From positions 960,001 to 1,024,000 of the forward strand of contig CAXXMV010000006.1 of NCBI GenBank assembly GCA_963662285.2: a stretch of 64,000 bases of DNA, written 5' to 3'. The notes under the pieces are model-generated. The model saw nothing but the letters and a program-made list of their open reading frames with translations. It was not told the origin of the DNA and did no database searches. The DNA comes from a bacterium (GTDB lineage: Bacteria; Hinthialibacterota; Hinthialibacteria; Hinthialibacterales; Hinthialibacteraceae). The translations under genes and the position numbers were made by a program. This document shows positions 46,383 to 56,435 of this stretch, in pieces. Each line of letters starts with the position of its first letter. Positions within the stretch are counted from its first letter, which is position 1.

Positions 46383-47894
46383 TTATATCTGATAGGGCGG
46401 CGGACCATAATCAAGGTCGCCGAAGATAACTGCGCTATATTTCCATATTTCGGTATCCGGATCTTCCAGGCATCCTGCATCCAGTCCTGCTTTGACGCAT
46501 GTTGCATTGAGAAAGGCGTCGACATCCCAGTTCTGTTCAGTGGCCACTTGCGGCAGCAGGGTGCCGGAACGCATGATGCCGGATGAATTGCGCCCATTTA
46601 TCTGCAAGCCATGTTTGCCAACTTCTATTTCACTGATATGGTTCACTCTTTCCAGTGGAGTCAATACCGAAATCTGGATATCCAGATTTTCGAGTTCGTC
46701 AAGTTTTACAGGCTTAAAACGGATGTCATGAGTAGCCGATTGCGCCGCCATGACCGGTATAAGATGATCCAGGGTTAAATCACCGGGATCGAAACGCCCC
46801 AGGCAGCCTCTAAGTTCTCCAGCGTTTTTAAGCGTGACGAACACGCCGCATTTTTCTTTTAATGAAGGATTATCAACCTTTGGTTCATAGGACTCTTTAT
46901 TTAAGGTTGAATAAATGCTCTGTCGGGCGAGGCTCAGCAGCGTCCTTTTATCTTCTTGAGAAAGCGTCATCTCATTTCCGGCAGTCATTGAGGTATCTTC
47001 CACCCTATCCTCCTGGTCAGACTTGGCGTAAATAGCTAAAGAACCGTAACCGACGACCCGGTGATCTTCGCCCATCGGGCAGTCTCCACTGTTACGGTAG
47101 CACAGTGTTTTGGCGCCGGAAACTCCGATGGACAATGCCGCTTCGACGGCGGTCAGCATGGCGCCGCCGCCGCACATTACGCAATGTGCATTCTTAGAGT
47201 TATCACATAATTCTTTTAATTTGGTATAGATTAAATCTGGATCAAGCGATTCTACGGCGGATAGCATTTCCTGATCTATCTTTTTAGCTAATTCATAGGA
47301 CGGGTAGTGGCTCATATCTGATGAAACTACTATCAACACCTTTTTATCAGGGCATGATTTGATCACATTCGCCACCTGCCGCCCGACCTGTCTGCATAAA
47401 TCCGGTTCGGTATGAGTTATTAACAGGGCGGCAACTTTGGCGTCGGGAAATACGGTCTGCACGAAAGGTAAATTGACTTCGACTGAATGTTCGGCTTGAA
47501 ATGGCGCCGGATCGGCGAAGAGCGGGGCGCCCTGATCTAAAAGTCTATTGGTTAGTTCCTGATCTATGGGAATGCGGCCTAAAGGCGTTTCAAAATAGTT
47601 GCCTAAAAGCAGACAGCCGCCATCTACTCCCTGATGGGATAGGGCGATAACTAAAACCGTATCCGGCTTTTGATCCTGCACATAACGAAATGAATACCCT
47701 GCCACCGGTCCGGAAAAGACATAGCCCGCATGAGGCGATAATACGGCCAACACATTTTTTTTGGTAGGATTTATTTCCGCTTCGTCAATATACCTAAAGA
47801 CATCTCGCTGCAAGACGCCAGGATCAGCCGGGTAGAAACGGCCGGCCACCAGAGGCTTGACTACATCAACTGATTTAATGGATTTATGTTGCAT
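46383..47894 (-). CDS. AmmeMemoRadiSam protein B-A fusion (MEMO1 plus AMMECR1 domains)
   Basis: AGRFYP, PHAGYVFSG, EHSVEV, SSDMSHY and VVGY, then GVFVTL...LRGCLG and LLPQVA. Confidence 0.92.
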   Translation of the reverse strand: MQHKSIKSVDVVKPLVAGRFYPADPGVLQRDVFRYIDEAEINPTKKNVLAVLSPHAGYVFSGPVAGYSFRYVQDQKPDTVLVIALSHQGVDGGCLLLGNYFETPLGRIPIDQELTNRLLDQGAPLFADPAPFQAEHSVEVNLPFVQTVFPDAKVAALLITHTEPDLCRQVGRQVANVIKSCPDKKVLIVVSSDMSHYPSYELAKKIDQEMLSAVESLDPDLIYTKLKELCDNSKNAHCVMCGGGAMLTAVEAALSIGVSGAKTLCYRNSGDCPMGEDHRVVGYGSLAIYAKSDQEDRVEDTSMTAGNEMTLSQEDKRTLLSLARQSIYSTLNKESYEPKVDNPSLKEKCGVFVTLKNAGELRGCLGRFDPGDLTLDHLIPVMAAQSATHDIRFKPVKLDELENLDIQISVLTPLERVNHISEIEVGKHGLQINGRNSSGIMRSGTLLPQVATEQNWDVDAFLNATCVKAGLDAGCLEDPDTEIWKYSAVIFGDLDYGPPPYQI

Positions 47895-48031
47895 GATATC
47901 GTTGCAATTCAATATTTACATTATTTTTAAGCGGTTTAATTGTAGACCGTATTGGGCAAAAGGGAAGCTTATATACCCGGTAAGAAGAGTTCCGGATTAT
48001 CATTAAAGCCCATGTTATTAAGGAAAATGCT

Positions 48032-49402
48032 CTAATCAGCCAGATCGCCTACAACGCCGGAGACGTTCATGTTTTTCCAAGCGCCTTTAATGAATCGTCT
48101 GAGAGTGAGGATCGCCTGTATGATGGGGGCGAATCCCCAGGCGATCCAGGCGCCGGAGGCGCCCATTGATGTGGTTGACAGCCAATAAGCCAGCGGCAGC
48201 ATCAAGAGCCATTGTGATATGATGGTATAACGCAAAGAGGGCCGGGTGTCGCCTGCTCCCGATAAGGCGCCGCTTACGATGATGGATACGCTATTGCAGA
48301 ACTGTTCCAAAGCCAGTAGCCGCAGAGCAAAAATTCCCATCTCAATAACCAGCGGCGAATCAGAGAAGATGCGCATGATGAATCCGGGAAATATGAATAT
48401 CACAAGACTGGCGGCGGCCATGATGGAACTGCAAAATTTAATCGCCGTCCAGCCGAAGGCTTCCGCCTGGTCAATTTTTTTGGCGCCGATGCTTTGCCCC
48501 ACCAGGGTGGCTGTGGCTACCTGAAAAGCCAAAGCGGGCATTATGTTCAACATGCGCAGTTGAAATCCTATGGCCGCCACGGCCACAGCCACTGATCCCG
48601 CCGAAGTGGTCGCCAGAATACGGAAAAAGAGGATGCGCGCCCCATTACGGAAAAAGCCGGAGAAGCCTGAAGGCAAACCAATATCCAGAATCTGTTTGAA
48701 AATAGATAAACTGAATCCTTTATTAAGAGTGATGCGAACCTTACGGGAACGCTTCATTAGTATATAAACCGCAATAGCCGAGCCGATCAGGCGGGCGATT
48801 ACGGTGCCGATGGCCGCCCCCATAACTCCATAAGCTGGAATGGGGCCGTATCCAAAGATGAATACATAACTGAACAGAATATTAAGCCCATTGACCAGGG
48901 TGGCGATTTTAAGCGGCGTATAGGCGTCGCCCAGCGCCCGGAAGACGCCGTTGGTGGAAAATCCGATCATCAGAAAAACCACCCCGCCCATCAAAATCCT
49001 GAGATAGTCGGTTCCATCATGCAGCGCGTTGGCTTCCGCGCCTAACAGGATAAGGGAATACCTGGCCAACAAAACGCCGATAACGCCGATCACTAAACCC
49101 GATGACATGGAGAGCAGCAGCGAGTGAGAAGCCACTGAAGAGGCTGAATCATAGCGCTTGGCGCCGCAATATTGTGAGACCAGAGTTATGGTGCCTGTGG
49201 TGATGGAGAGGGTGCCAATCATCAAGACCAGAAAAATCTGCCGCGAGAAGCCAATCGCCGCCACCGCTTCAGCGCCCAGATAACTGGCGAAAAAGATATC
49301 CACCAATCCAACTGAACTTTCCAGCAGCGAATAGAGCACCGTAGGCCATGACATGGCCCACAACCGGCTTAATAGACTCGGGTTAATAATTTTTATCGTC
49401 AT
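48032..49402 (-). CDS. MATE-family efflux transporter
   Basis: About 12 TM with a duplicated MATE repeat (FRALGD..TPL, VGQSIGA, GAGDT). Confidence 0.9.
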   Translation of the reverse strand: MTIKIINPSLLSRLWAMSWPTVLYSLLESSVGLVDIFFASYLGAEAVAAIGFSRQIFLVLMIGTLSITTGTITLVSQYCGAKRYDSASSVASHSLLLSMSSGLVIGVIGVLLARYSLILLGAEANALHDGTDYLRILMGGVVFLMIGFSTNGVFRALGDAYTPLKIATLVNGLNILFSYVFIFGYGPIPAYGVMGAAIGTVIARLIGSAIAVYILMKRSRKVRITLNKGFSLSIFKQILDIGLPSGFSGFFRNGARILFFRILATTSAGSVAVAVAAIGFQLRMLNIMPALAFQVATATLVGQSIGAKKIDQAEAFGWTAIKFCSSIMAAASLVIFIFPGFIMRIFSDSPLVIEMGIFALRLLALEQFCNSVSIIVSGALSGAGDTRPSLRYTIISQWLLMLPLAYWLSTTSMGASGAWIAWGFAPIIQAILTLRRFIKGAWKNMNVSGVVGDLAD

Positions 49403-49622
49403 AAATAGTTGATTAGAGAACTGTCCAAGTGATGTTTTTACCTTAAGCCTTTTGGGTTCATCACGGAAGAGGCGCACGGATATGACAGTGGTTTTTCTGT
49501 TCTTGCGGTTGGAGGATGTGTTTTATAAAATGAAGAGTAGGAAAGATTCACTTATTGTTTATTTGCAAAGTATGACATACAGATGCTGTAAACCTGACAA
49601 TGAAATCTAATACTGGTATAAA

Positions 49623-50021
49623 TCACAAATCGGTTTTTCTTCTGGAGCGTCTTAAAAAAATATTAGATCTAGATGTTTTCATCTCTCTGTTTGTTTTCTT
49701 AAGATTAGAATCGGAGATATCGTCTTTTGAATTATTCTCCAGTTGATTGTCATGGTCTAGATTGCGGGGATCATAGGATTCCAGACCATTTTTCTTACGA
49801 TCATTGATGACTTCATTATATAAAGAAGATTTAATATCGTTGTCATTTATGTTATATAACTCTTTTGCTTCTGTGATATTGATATCCAGATCGTAGATGG
49901 CGCTGTTCATGGAGTCTAAGCGTGAGTACAGACTGGCATGTTTATTTTCGAGCATATCACTGTACATGTCAGCATCAGTTTTATTGCCGTTTTCATCTTC
50001 ATAAAAGAACTCATTCGCCAT
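49623..50021 (-). CDS. Low-GC acidic hypothetical protein
   Basis: 132 aa, GGAG RBS, upstream TGcTATAAT extended -10. Confidence 0.55.
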   Translation of the reverse strand: MANEFFYEDENGNKTDADMYSDMLENKHASLYSRLDSMNSAIYDLDINITEAKELYNINDNDIKSSLYNEVINDRKKNGLESYDPRNLDHDNQLENNSKDDISDSNLKKTNREMKTSRSNIFLRRSRRKTDL

Positions 50022-50079
50022 CAGACTACTCCAGAGTTTTTCTATATTATAGCATATTTACTATATCTGGTTCATTATC

Positions 50080-51621
50080 TTATACTACCTTCTCCTTAGG
50101 CGGCGTTTGCCGGAACAGGTTGCTGAAGAAGCGTTTTAAGCCCCGTTTATCGGATTTATTAACCTCTATTTGAAGAATAGTGGCCGCGATGTTGCGTATG
50201 GTTTGCGATGCTGGCGAGTTTGGCGTGCGGAGCAAGAACGGTTTTTGATAGCGCACGGCTTTGAGAACTTCAGGGTCGCGCGGGACGAAACCGATGTTAT
50301 TGAAAGACAGGTCAAGGAACTGGCGGCACATTTGCAGCATCAGGCGTAGCACTTCCGAGGCCTCGCGGGCGTTTTGAGCCATGTTGATCAATAAACCGAT
50401 CTCCCGGTCATCGCCATGTTTGAGCAGGGTCTTAATCAAGGCGTAGGCGTCGGTATAGGCGGTCGGTTCGGGCGTGGTGACCACGATGATCTTATCGGCG
50501 GCCGACAGAAATTGCATAACGTTGGGGTGGATTCCCGCAGCGGTGTCGATCAGCAGAATATCCGGCGGTGGAGTAAATCCTCCAAAGGCGTCGAACAGGC
50601 GGTTCATTTCCTCGATGTTCAATTGCGAAAGTTCTTCTACTCCCGAACCTCCGGGGATTATGTGGATTCCCGCCGGACCTTTGATAGTTATATCGCTCAT
50701 CTTTTTCTCACCGCTTATAACATGCGAGAGGTTGAGGCGGGGCGTTAATCCTAGAAGAACGTCTACGTTGGCCAGCGACAGGTCTGCATCGAGCACCATG
50801 ACGTTTTTGCCCATTTGCGACATGGCAATGGCTAAGTTGCAGGCGATGTTGCTTTTGCCGACTCCACCCTTGCCGCCGGTGATGGCGATAACCTGGGTGT
50901 CATTGTTCATCGGGAAGCGGTGAGTTTCCATTAGAGAAGCGATAACCGAGGAGTTTTCGGACTTATCCTTTTCTACAGGCGCAACTGTTTTCGCTCTAAC
51001 CTTTTCAGCGGGAACAATTGTTTTTGCTACAACCAGGGCTGCTGCTTTGACTTCAGGTTTTAATGGCGCCGCATTTTGTTTCGGCGGAGATTCAGTCTTG
51101 GATTGAGCATCCAGAGCGTTAAGCGGCTGTGCGGCTTTAGTTGTTTCTTGAGGTTGAACGGTTTGTTGCGGTTTAGCTGATCCATTCTTGTTTTTTCTCT
51201 TGTCTTGAGCCGACCTGCGTTGCTGATTTTGGTTTTTTGCCGTCAAGTCATTGATCGGCGCTGGATCAGATTTTGGCGTTTCGATAACGATAGTGTTTTG
51301 ATTCTTCGAAATTTTGGGCTGAGCAGTTTTATCAGGTTTATCGTTATTATCTGCATCTTGTTGTTTAGCGTTCAGTTTTGGAGATGCAGCTGTTGTGATT
51401 TTAGAGCCAAGCTTAGCAGGCGCATTTATCTTGGCAGCGGGATCGATTCTTGGAATATCATCGGTGGCTGTCGGCGTGAATATCTCGTTATCAGTATCAG
51501 CAGTCGGGGCGGGCGGTTCCATAACAGCGACGCTTTGAGCGCCGGAGTCGGGTGGATCGCTGGATTCTTGAGCGACAAGTTGCCGCAACTTTTCTGCCTG
51601 ATCAGGAATTTTTTGATTCAT
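50080..51621 (-). CDS. flhG: Flagellar number regulator FlhG (MinD-like) with long N-terminal linker
   Basis: DQAEKLR, GGKGGVGKS, DADLSLANVD and TPEPTAYTDAY motifs. Directly follows flhF. Confidence 0.88.
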   Translation of the reverse strand: MNQKIPDQAEKLRQLVAQESSDPPDSGAQSVAVMEPPAPTADTDNEIFTPTATDDIPRIDPAAKINAPAKLGSKITTAASPKLNAKQQDADNNDKPDKTAQPKISKNQNTIVIETPKSDPAPINDLTAKNQNQQRRSAQDKRKNKNGSAKPQQTVQPQETTKAAQPLNALDAQSKTESPPKQNAAPLKPEVKAAALVVAKTIVPAEKVRAKTVAPVEKDKSENSSVIASLMETHRFPMNNDTQVIAITGGKGGVGKSNIACNLAIAMSQMGKNVMVLDADLSLANVDVLLGLTPRLNLSHVISGEKKMSDITIKGPAGIHIIPGGSGVEELSQLNIEEMNRLFDAFGGFTPPPDILLIDTAAGIHPNVMQFLSAADKIIVVTTPEPTAYTDAYALIKTLLKHGDDREIGLLINMAQNAREASEVLRLMLQMCRQFLDLSFNNIGFVPRDPEVLKAVRYQKPFLLRTPNSPASQTIRNIAATILQIEVNKSDKRGLKRFFSNLFRQTPPKEKVV

Positions 51622-53185
51622 CGGATTTATCCTGTTTTGTTTTAGTTACATTCGGTTTCGATGTTTTATCGGTCGATTTATTAGATTTTTGTGATTGATT
51701 TTTTACGTCGGATTCTTTAACCGGTGTTTTTTCATCTATATCATTACTTTCCAAATTATCATGTATGGAACGATTGATAGCTGGTTTAGTTAAAAGTAGT
51801 TTGGCAATTCGATCAGATTTTGCTTTTTCAATATCTTCCGGTACGTTTTGCCCGGTCGTCAAATAGGAAATAGGCATATTGAACTTTGTGATGGTGTTGA
51901 ATATAGGTCCATAGGTGGTCGATTCGTCTATTTTGGTGAAGAGCAGTCGAGTTGGTTTAATGTCTTTGAAATGTTCCACGATATCTATCATGTCGCTGTA
52001 TTTGGTTGTGGCGGACATAACAAGGTGAACTTCGTCGGGATGGCAAGCGTCGACGATAGCGCCTAAGGTGCTCATTTGAGGCATGTTTCTCTGGCAGGTT
52101 CCCGCCGTGTCGAAGAGGATCAGGTGAGCGTCTTTATGCTTTTTGAGCGCCTGACGCACTTCATCAGGGGAATATGTAACCTCTAACTCTACACCCAGGA
52201 TTTCGGTGTATTTTTGTAATTGCTCAACGGCAGCCAGGCGATAAAGGTCGGCGGTAATGAAAACAATTTTGGGCCGCGTCTTGGAGGTTGGATTATAGCG
52301 GTACTGAGCGGATATTTTGGCCAGGGTAGTAGTTTTCCCGACGCCGGTCGGACCGACTAGCATAACGACTTTGGGCTTTCCGCCCGGTTGGCAAAGTTCG
52401 ATGGGCGCCGTTGTTTTAATTCTGGATATTAGATGCGCTTTGAGAGATGTCCAAACATCATCTTCATCATCAGTGGTTTCGGCGATAGTTGAGGCAATAT
52501 TCAATGCCAGGTGTTCATCAACATCCTGATCCAGGAGATGGTTGTAGAGTTCGCGGGTATGAGAAGGGATGGAAGGTTTTTCTCCGGAAATTAGCGAGGG
52601 TCCCAGATTCTCTATCAGACCGGTAAGTTTGATCAAGCGTTTCTCCATATCGGATAGACGCTTATCAAGAATTTTCTCTTCACCGGCAAATTTCCCGTTG
52701 TCGGCAGGAAGCTGTTTGTTGAGCGGCGATGAGGTAAATACGCTGGGATTTTTGCTGTTATTGTTTTCTTCAACGATCCTTTTGGAAAGAGCGAGCAGAG
52801 GATTATCCGCTTTTTGCATAGGCGTGTTCAATAAAGGATTGTCATTTTTAGCATTATTGAACTGCGACGCTGGAGCGTTGAGTGGTGGCAGATCGTTAAA
52901 AACCGGTTGATCATCCACGATCTTAATATCCAGGTTTCCTCCCCGACGCGGACTACGGGCATCAGGATTTTGATTAGGAGTCGGATTACTCTGAAATTTT
53001 GAACCAGACGAAGATTTTCTTGGATCAACGCCTGCAGTCACTTCCACTCCGCCTCTACTGAACCACCCGAGCAATCCACGGGACATATCCCTCGAATGAA
53101 GGATGATGGCATTGGCGCCTAGTTCAGTCTTGACCATACGCATGGCTTCAGCCATGTCTCTAGCTTGGAACTTTTTGACTCTCAC
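51602..53185 (-). CDS. flhF: Flagellar biosynthesis SRP-type GTPase FlhF
   Basis: MRVKKF..DMAEAM..VK.ELG, GPTGVGKTT, DTAG, TKIDE and GQNVPEDI. Confidence 0.93.
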   Translation of the reverse strand: MRVKKFQARDMAEAMRMVKTELGANAIILHSRDMSRGLLGWFSRGGVEVTAGVDPRKSSSGSKFQSNPTPNQNPDARSPRRGGNLDIKIVDDQPVFNDLPPLNAPASQFNNAKNDNPLLNTPMQKADNPLLALSKRIVEENNNSKNPSVFTSSPLNKQLPADNGKFAGEEKILDKRLSDMEKRLIKLTGLIENLGPSLISGEKPSIPSHTRELYNHLLDQDVDEHLALNIASTIAETTDDEDDVWTSLKAHLISRIKTTAPIELCQPGGKPKVVMLVGPTGVGKTTTLAKISAQYRYNPTSKTRPKIVFITADLYRLAAVEQLQKYTEILGVELEVTYSPDEVRQALKKHKDAHLILFDTAGTCQRNMPQMSTLGAIVDACHPDEVHLVMSATTKYSDMIDIVEHFKDIKPTRLLFTKIDESTTYGPIFNTITKFNMPISYLTTGQNVPEDIEKAKSDRIAKLLLTKPAINRSIHDNLESNDIDEKTPVKESDVKNQSQKSNKSTDKTSKPNVTKTKQDKSDESKNS

Positions 53186-55286
53186 TTTGCAACCTCACTG
53201 TGGCGATTCGACTAACGCCAACCTCCTGCGAAATTTCGTTGAATGATAAGACTATGATATGCGGAATGGTGCGTTCGCAGAGCCGCCGCAGATGAGCGCG
53301 GATACTGGGCTGCGTCAGCACCAAGGGATGATAACCAGATATCATGGCGTTGTTGCATTCTCCCTGGATGGCTGAAATAACGTGTTCGGCGTAGATTGGA
53401 TCAGTAGCCATAATGCCAGCCGGAGCGCGTTGCATTTCTTCCTGGATTCGGCTTTCGATATTCGGATCAAGAGTGATAACCGGAACCTGTCCCGATTGAT
53501 CCAGATACAGGTTGGTAATTACCCGCGCCAGATTCATACGGCAGAATTCGGTTAAAGTGTCCGGATTCATCTGGGCGGTTTGAGCATAGTCGGCAATCGC
53601 TTCGAAGATCATCTCCAGATGACGGATGGGAACGCGTTCGCGCAACAGATTCTGCAATACTTTTTGAATTAATCCGACTTTGATCTGGCTCTTTTCGATA
53701 ATTTCGTCGATCAGCACTGCGTTGCTTTCGCGCAAGTTGTCTATCAATTGTTGAACTTCCTGGCGTCCCAGCAGTTCATAAGCGTGAGATTTGATTACTT
53801 CCGTTAAATGAGTGGCCATGACAGCTGCGGGTTCGACTACGCTGTAGCCCGCCATTTCGGCGCGGGAACGCTCGTCCGGTTCAATCCATTTAGCTGGCGT
53901 ATGAAAGGCCGGTTCGATTCCTTTGATGCCGGGGACCTCATCATCTTCTTCCATACCCGGTTTCATGGCTAAGAGGCGTTCCGGTCTGATCTCTCCATCG
54001 GCTACCTTGATGCCGCGAATCATGATGTTGTATAGGCGGGGACCCAGTTGCATGTTATCCCTAATACGTATAGGGGGAACAATCAAACCCAGTTCGACGG
54101 CGGTCTGGCGCCGGATGATGCCTACGCGGTCGAGTAGATCTCCGCCCTGTTCGCTATCAACAATGGGGATCAGACCAAAGCCGATTTCAATTTCCATCGG
54201 ATCAACTTCCAGCAGGCTTTCCACATCCTCAGGTTCAGGCGGTTTCTCTTCCTCTTCTTTTTTGGCTATTTCCTCTTCTTGAATTACTGAGCGCGCTTGT
54301 GTAACTTTGACCAACCAGGCGCTTCCTCCAAGTATTGCTGCTATGAGTATGAAAGGAAACACAATGCCCGGTTCCATCATTACTCCCAAAGCGGCGATGA
54401 GGAAGAGGGCTGCGGAAGCGACGAACATCGCTTCCGGTTTATTGAATAATTGCTTTGATAAGCTTTCACCCAATGCCGTTTCTTCGGAAGCGCGGGTAAC
54501 CACCACGCCAGCGGCCAGTGCGGTCAGCAGGGCGGGGATTTGGCTGACCAGGCCATCACCGATAGTTAGGATAGTGTAGGTCGATAAAATGGAGGGTATC
54601 TCCATACCCTCTTCGGAGAATCCAACGCCTATGCCTCCAACAATATTGATTAAGGTGATAATAATGCCTGCAACGGCGTCGCCGCGCACAAATTTACTGG
54701 CGCCGTCCATGGCGCCATAGAAATCCGCTTCGCGCGCAATCTCTGCGCGGCGTCTGCGGGCGTCGCCTTCGGTGATAAGACCGGCGTTGAGGTCGGCGTC
54801 GATAGCCATTTGCTTGCCCGGCATAGCGTCGAGAGTAAAGCGGGCGGCGACTTCAGCAATACGTCCCGAACCTTTGGTGATGACGATAAATTGAATAATG
54901 ATCAGTATGAGAAAGACGATAAAACCGATTATGGCGTTGTTGCCGGCGACAACCCGACCGAAGAAATCAATCATGGCGCCGGCTTTTTGAGTAACTCCTG
55001 AAGCTGGCATCAGGATCAATTTGGTCGAGGCGACGTTCAATGCCAGGCGATAAAAAGTCAGTATTAACAGAACCGATGGGAATGTAGTGAATTCCAACGG
55101 ATTGGTCATATACAGCGACAGCATCAACACCATTAAGGCGAAAGTGATGTTTATGGCCAGCAATAGGTTTAGTATGAATGGCGGCACCTGTCCCAGCATG
55201 ATGGCGAGGATGCCGATAAAGCCAATCGCGATGCCAATATTGGAACCGCGTTGCATAAGGCTTTTACTTACGATTGCTGTGGCCAT
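53160..55286 (-). CDS. flhA: Flagellar export gate protein FlhA
   Basis: EVAARFTLDAMPGKQMAIDADL and FYGAMDGASKFVRGDA. Confidence 0.97.
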   Translation of the reverse strand: MATAIVSKSLMQRGSNIGIAIGFIGILAIMLGQVPPFILNLLLAINITFALMVLMLSLYMTNPLEFTTFPSVLLILTFYRLALNVASTKLILMPASGVTQKAGAMIDFFGRVVAGNNAIIGFIVFLILIIIQFIVITKGSGRIAEVAARFTLDAMPGKQMAIDADLNAGLITEGDARRRRAEIAREADFYGAMDGASKFVRGDAVAGIIITLINIVGGIGVGFSEEGMEIPSILSTYTILTIGDGLVSQIPALLTALAAGVVVTRASEETALGESLSKQLFNKPEAMFVASAALFLIAALGVMMEPGIVFPFILIAAILGGSAWLVKVTQARSVIQEEEIAKKEEEEKPPEPEDVESLLEVDPMEIEIGFGLIPIVDSEQGGDLLDRVGIIRRQTAVELGLIVPPIRIRDNMQLGPRLYNIMIRGIKVADGEIRPERLLAMKPGMEEDDEVPGIKGIEPAFHTPAKWIEPDERSRAEMAGYSVVEPAAVMATHLTEVIKSHAYELLGRQEVQQLIDNLRESNAVLIDEIIEKSQIKVGLIQKVLQNLLRERVPIRHLEMIFEAIADYAQTAQMNPDTLTEFCRMNLARVITNLYLDQSGQVPVITLDPNIESRIQEEMQRAPAGIMATDPIYAEHVISAIQGECNNAMISGYHPLVLTQPSIRAHLRRLCERTIPHIIVLSFNEISQEVGVSRIATVRLQSESQKVPS

Positions 55287-55310
55287 TATTACTGCTCAGT
55301 CGCATATAAT

Positions 55311-56402
55311 TTATGCGGTTTCCCGGGCGTAGTCTGAAATTTTACCTTGCAGTTTGTATACATAAGCAAGTACTTCAGCTATCGCCTGATATAATTCCGG
55401 CGGAATCTGTCCGCCAACATCGGCTAGTTTATATAATGATTGCGCCAGAGGACGATTTTCCACGATTGGTATATCATACTCTAAAGCAAGTTCCTTGATT
55501 CTTTTGGCATGTAAATTTTTACCCTTGGCTACTACTATCGGAGCAGAATTTTCTTCTGGAGTGTATTTAATGGCAATGGCGTATTCCGTGGGATTGGTGA
55601 CCACTACGTCCGCTTCGGGTACTTCTTCCATCATTCTTTTACGGGCCATTTCCCGTTGAATGGCGCGGATGCGTCCTTTAATCTGTGGATCGCCCTGGAT
55701 GTCTTTCATCTCCTGCTTCACTTCTTCTTTGGTCATGCGCAGGTCTTTTTCATGCTGCCAGCGTTGATAGGTGAAATCAATGATGGCCAGGATGATAAGG
55801 ATGAGAATAGTGTAGAGCGCCAGTTCAAGCCCTTCATAACCGATATGAATCATTGCGTCTACTACGCTTAAACTGGATATTCCCAGCATTTCGGGAATAT
55901 CGGTGTAAACGATGTATATCATAAGAGGCGCAATCATAAAGATTTTGCCGATTGATTTAAGTAATTCCATTGCGCCTCGAGCCGAAACCAGCCTTTTTAG
56001 GCCGGAAATAGGATTAAGTTTGGATGGTTTGGGTTGCAAGGGCTTCAAGGTAAAGATGAATCCAACCTGTATTAAATTGGAGGCGATGCTGACCAGGAAG
56101 AAAATAATGAAAAACGGAGCAATTATGATCATAGCGCGCATACCTACACCCAGCATAACGGCATGTATGCTTGCTTCGTTAACTACTTGATCGGCGCAAT
56201 TTTCGAAATAAAAAATAGTTGCTTCTTTTAAACCATACCAGTAGTCATCGAGGTAGTTATAACAAGCTACAACTCCGGCGATAAGCAGGATGCAGGTGTT
56301 AACTTCCGTGCTTTTTGGTACTTGTCCTTCTTCACGAGATTTCGATCTTTTCCTGGCCGTCGCAGTCTCGGTTTTTTCCTGTCCGCTCTCAGACTCTGCC
56401 AT
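55311..56402 (-). CDS. flhB: Flagellar export switch protein FlhB
   Basis: EKTE.AT, LRMTKEEVKQE and VVTNPTEYA (NPTE in place of the usual NPTH). Confidence 0.96.
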   Translation of the reverse strand: MAESESGQEKTETATARKRSKSREEGQVPKSTEVNTCILLIAGVVACYNYLDDYWYGLKEATIFYFENCADQVVNEASIHAVMLGVGMRAMIIIAPFFIIFFLVSIASNLIQVGFIFTLKPLQPKPSKLNPISGLKRLVSARGAMELLKSIGKIFMIAPLMIYIVYTDIPEMLGISSLSVVDAMIHIGYEGLELALYTILILIILAIIDFTYQRWQHEKDLRMTKEEVKQEMKDIQGDPQIKGRIRAIQREMARKRMMEEVPEADVVVTNPTEYAIAIKYTPEENSAPIVVAKGKNLHAKRIKELALEYDIPIVENRPLAQSLYKLADVGGQIPPELYQAIAEVLAYVYKLQGKISDYARETA

Positions 56403-56435
56403 ATTATTCTACTCCGATGACTTTCAAGTAGTCAT

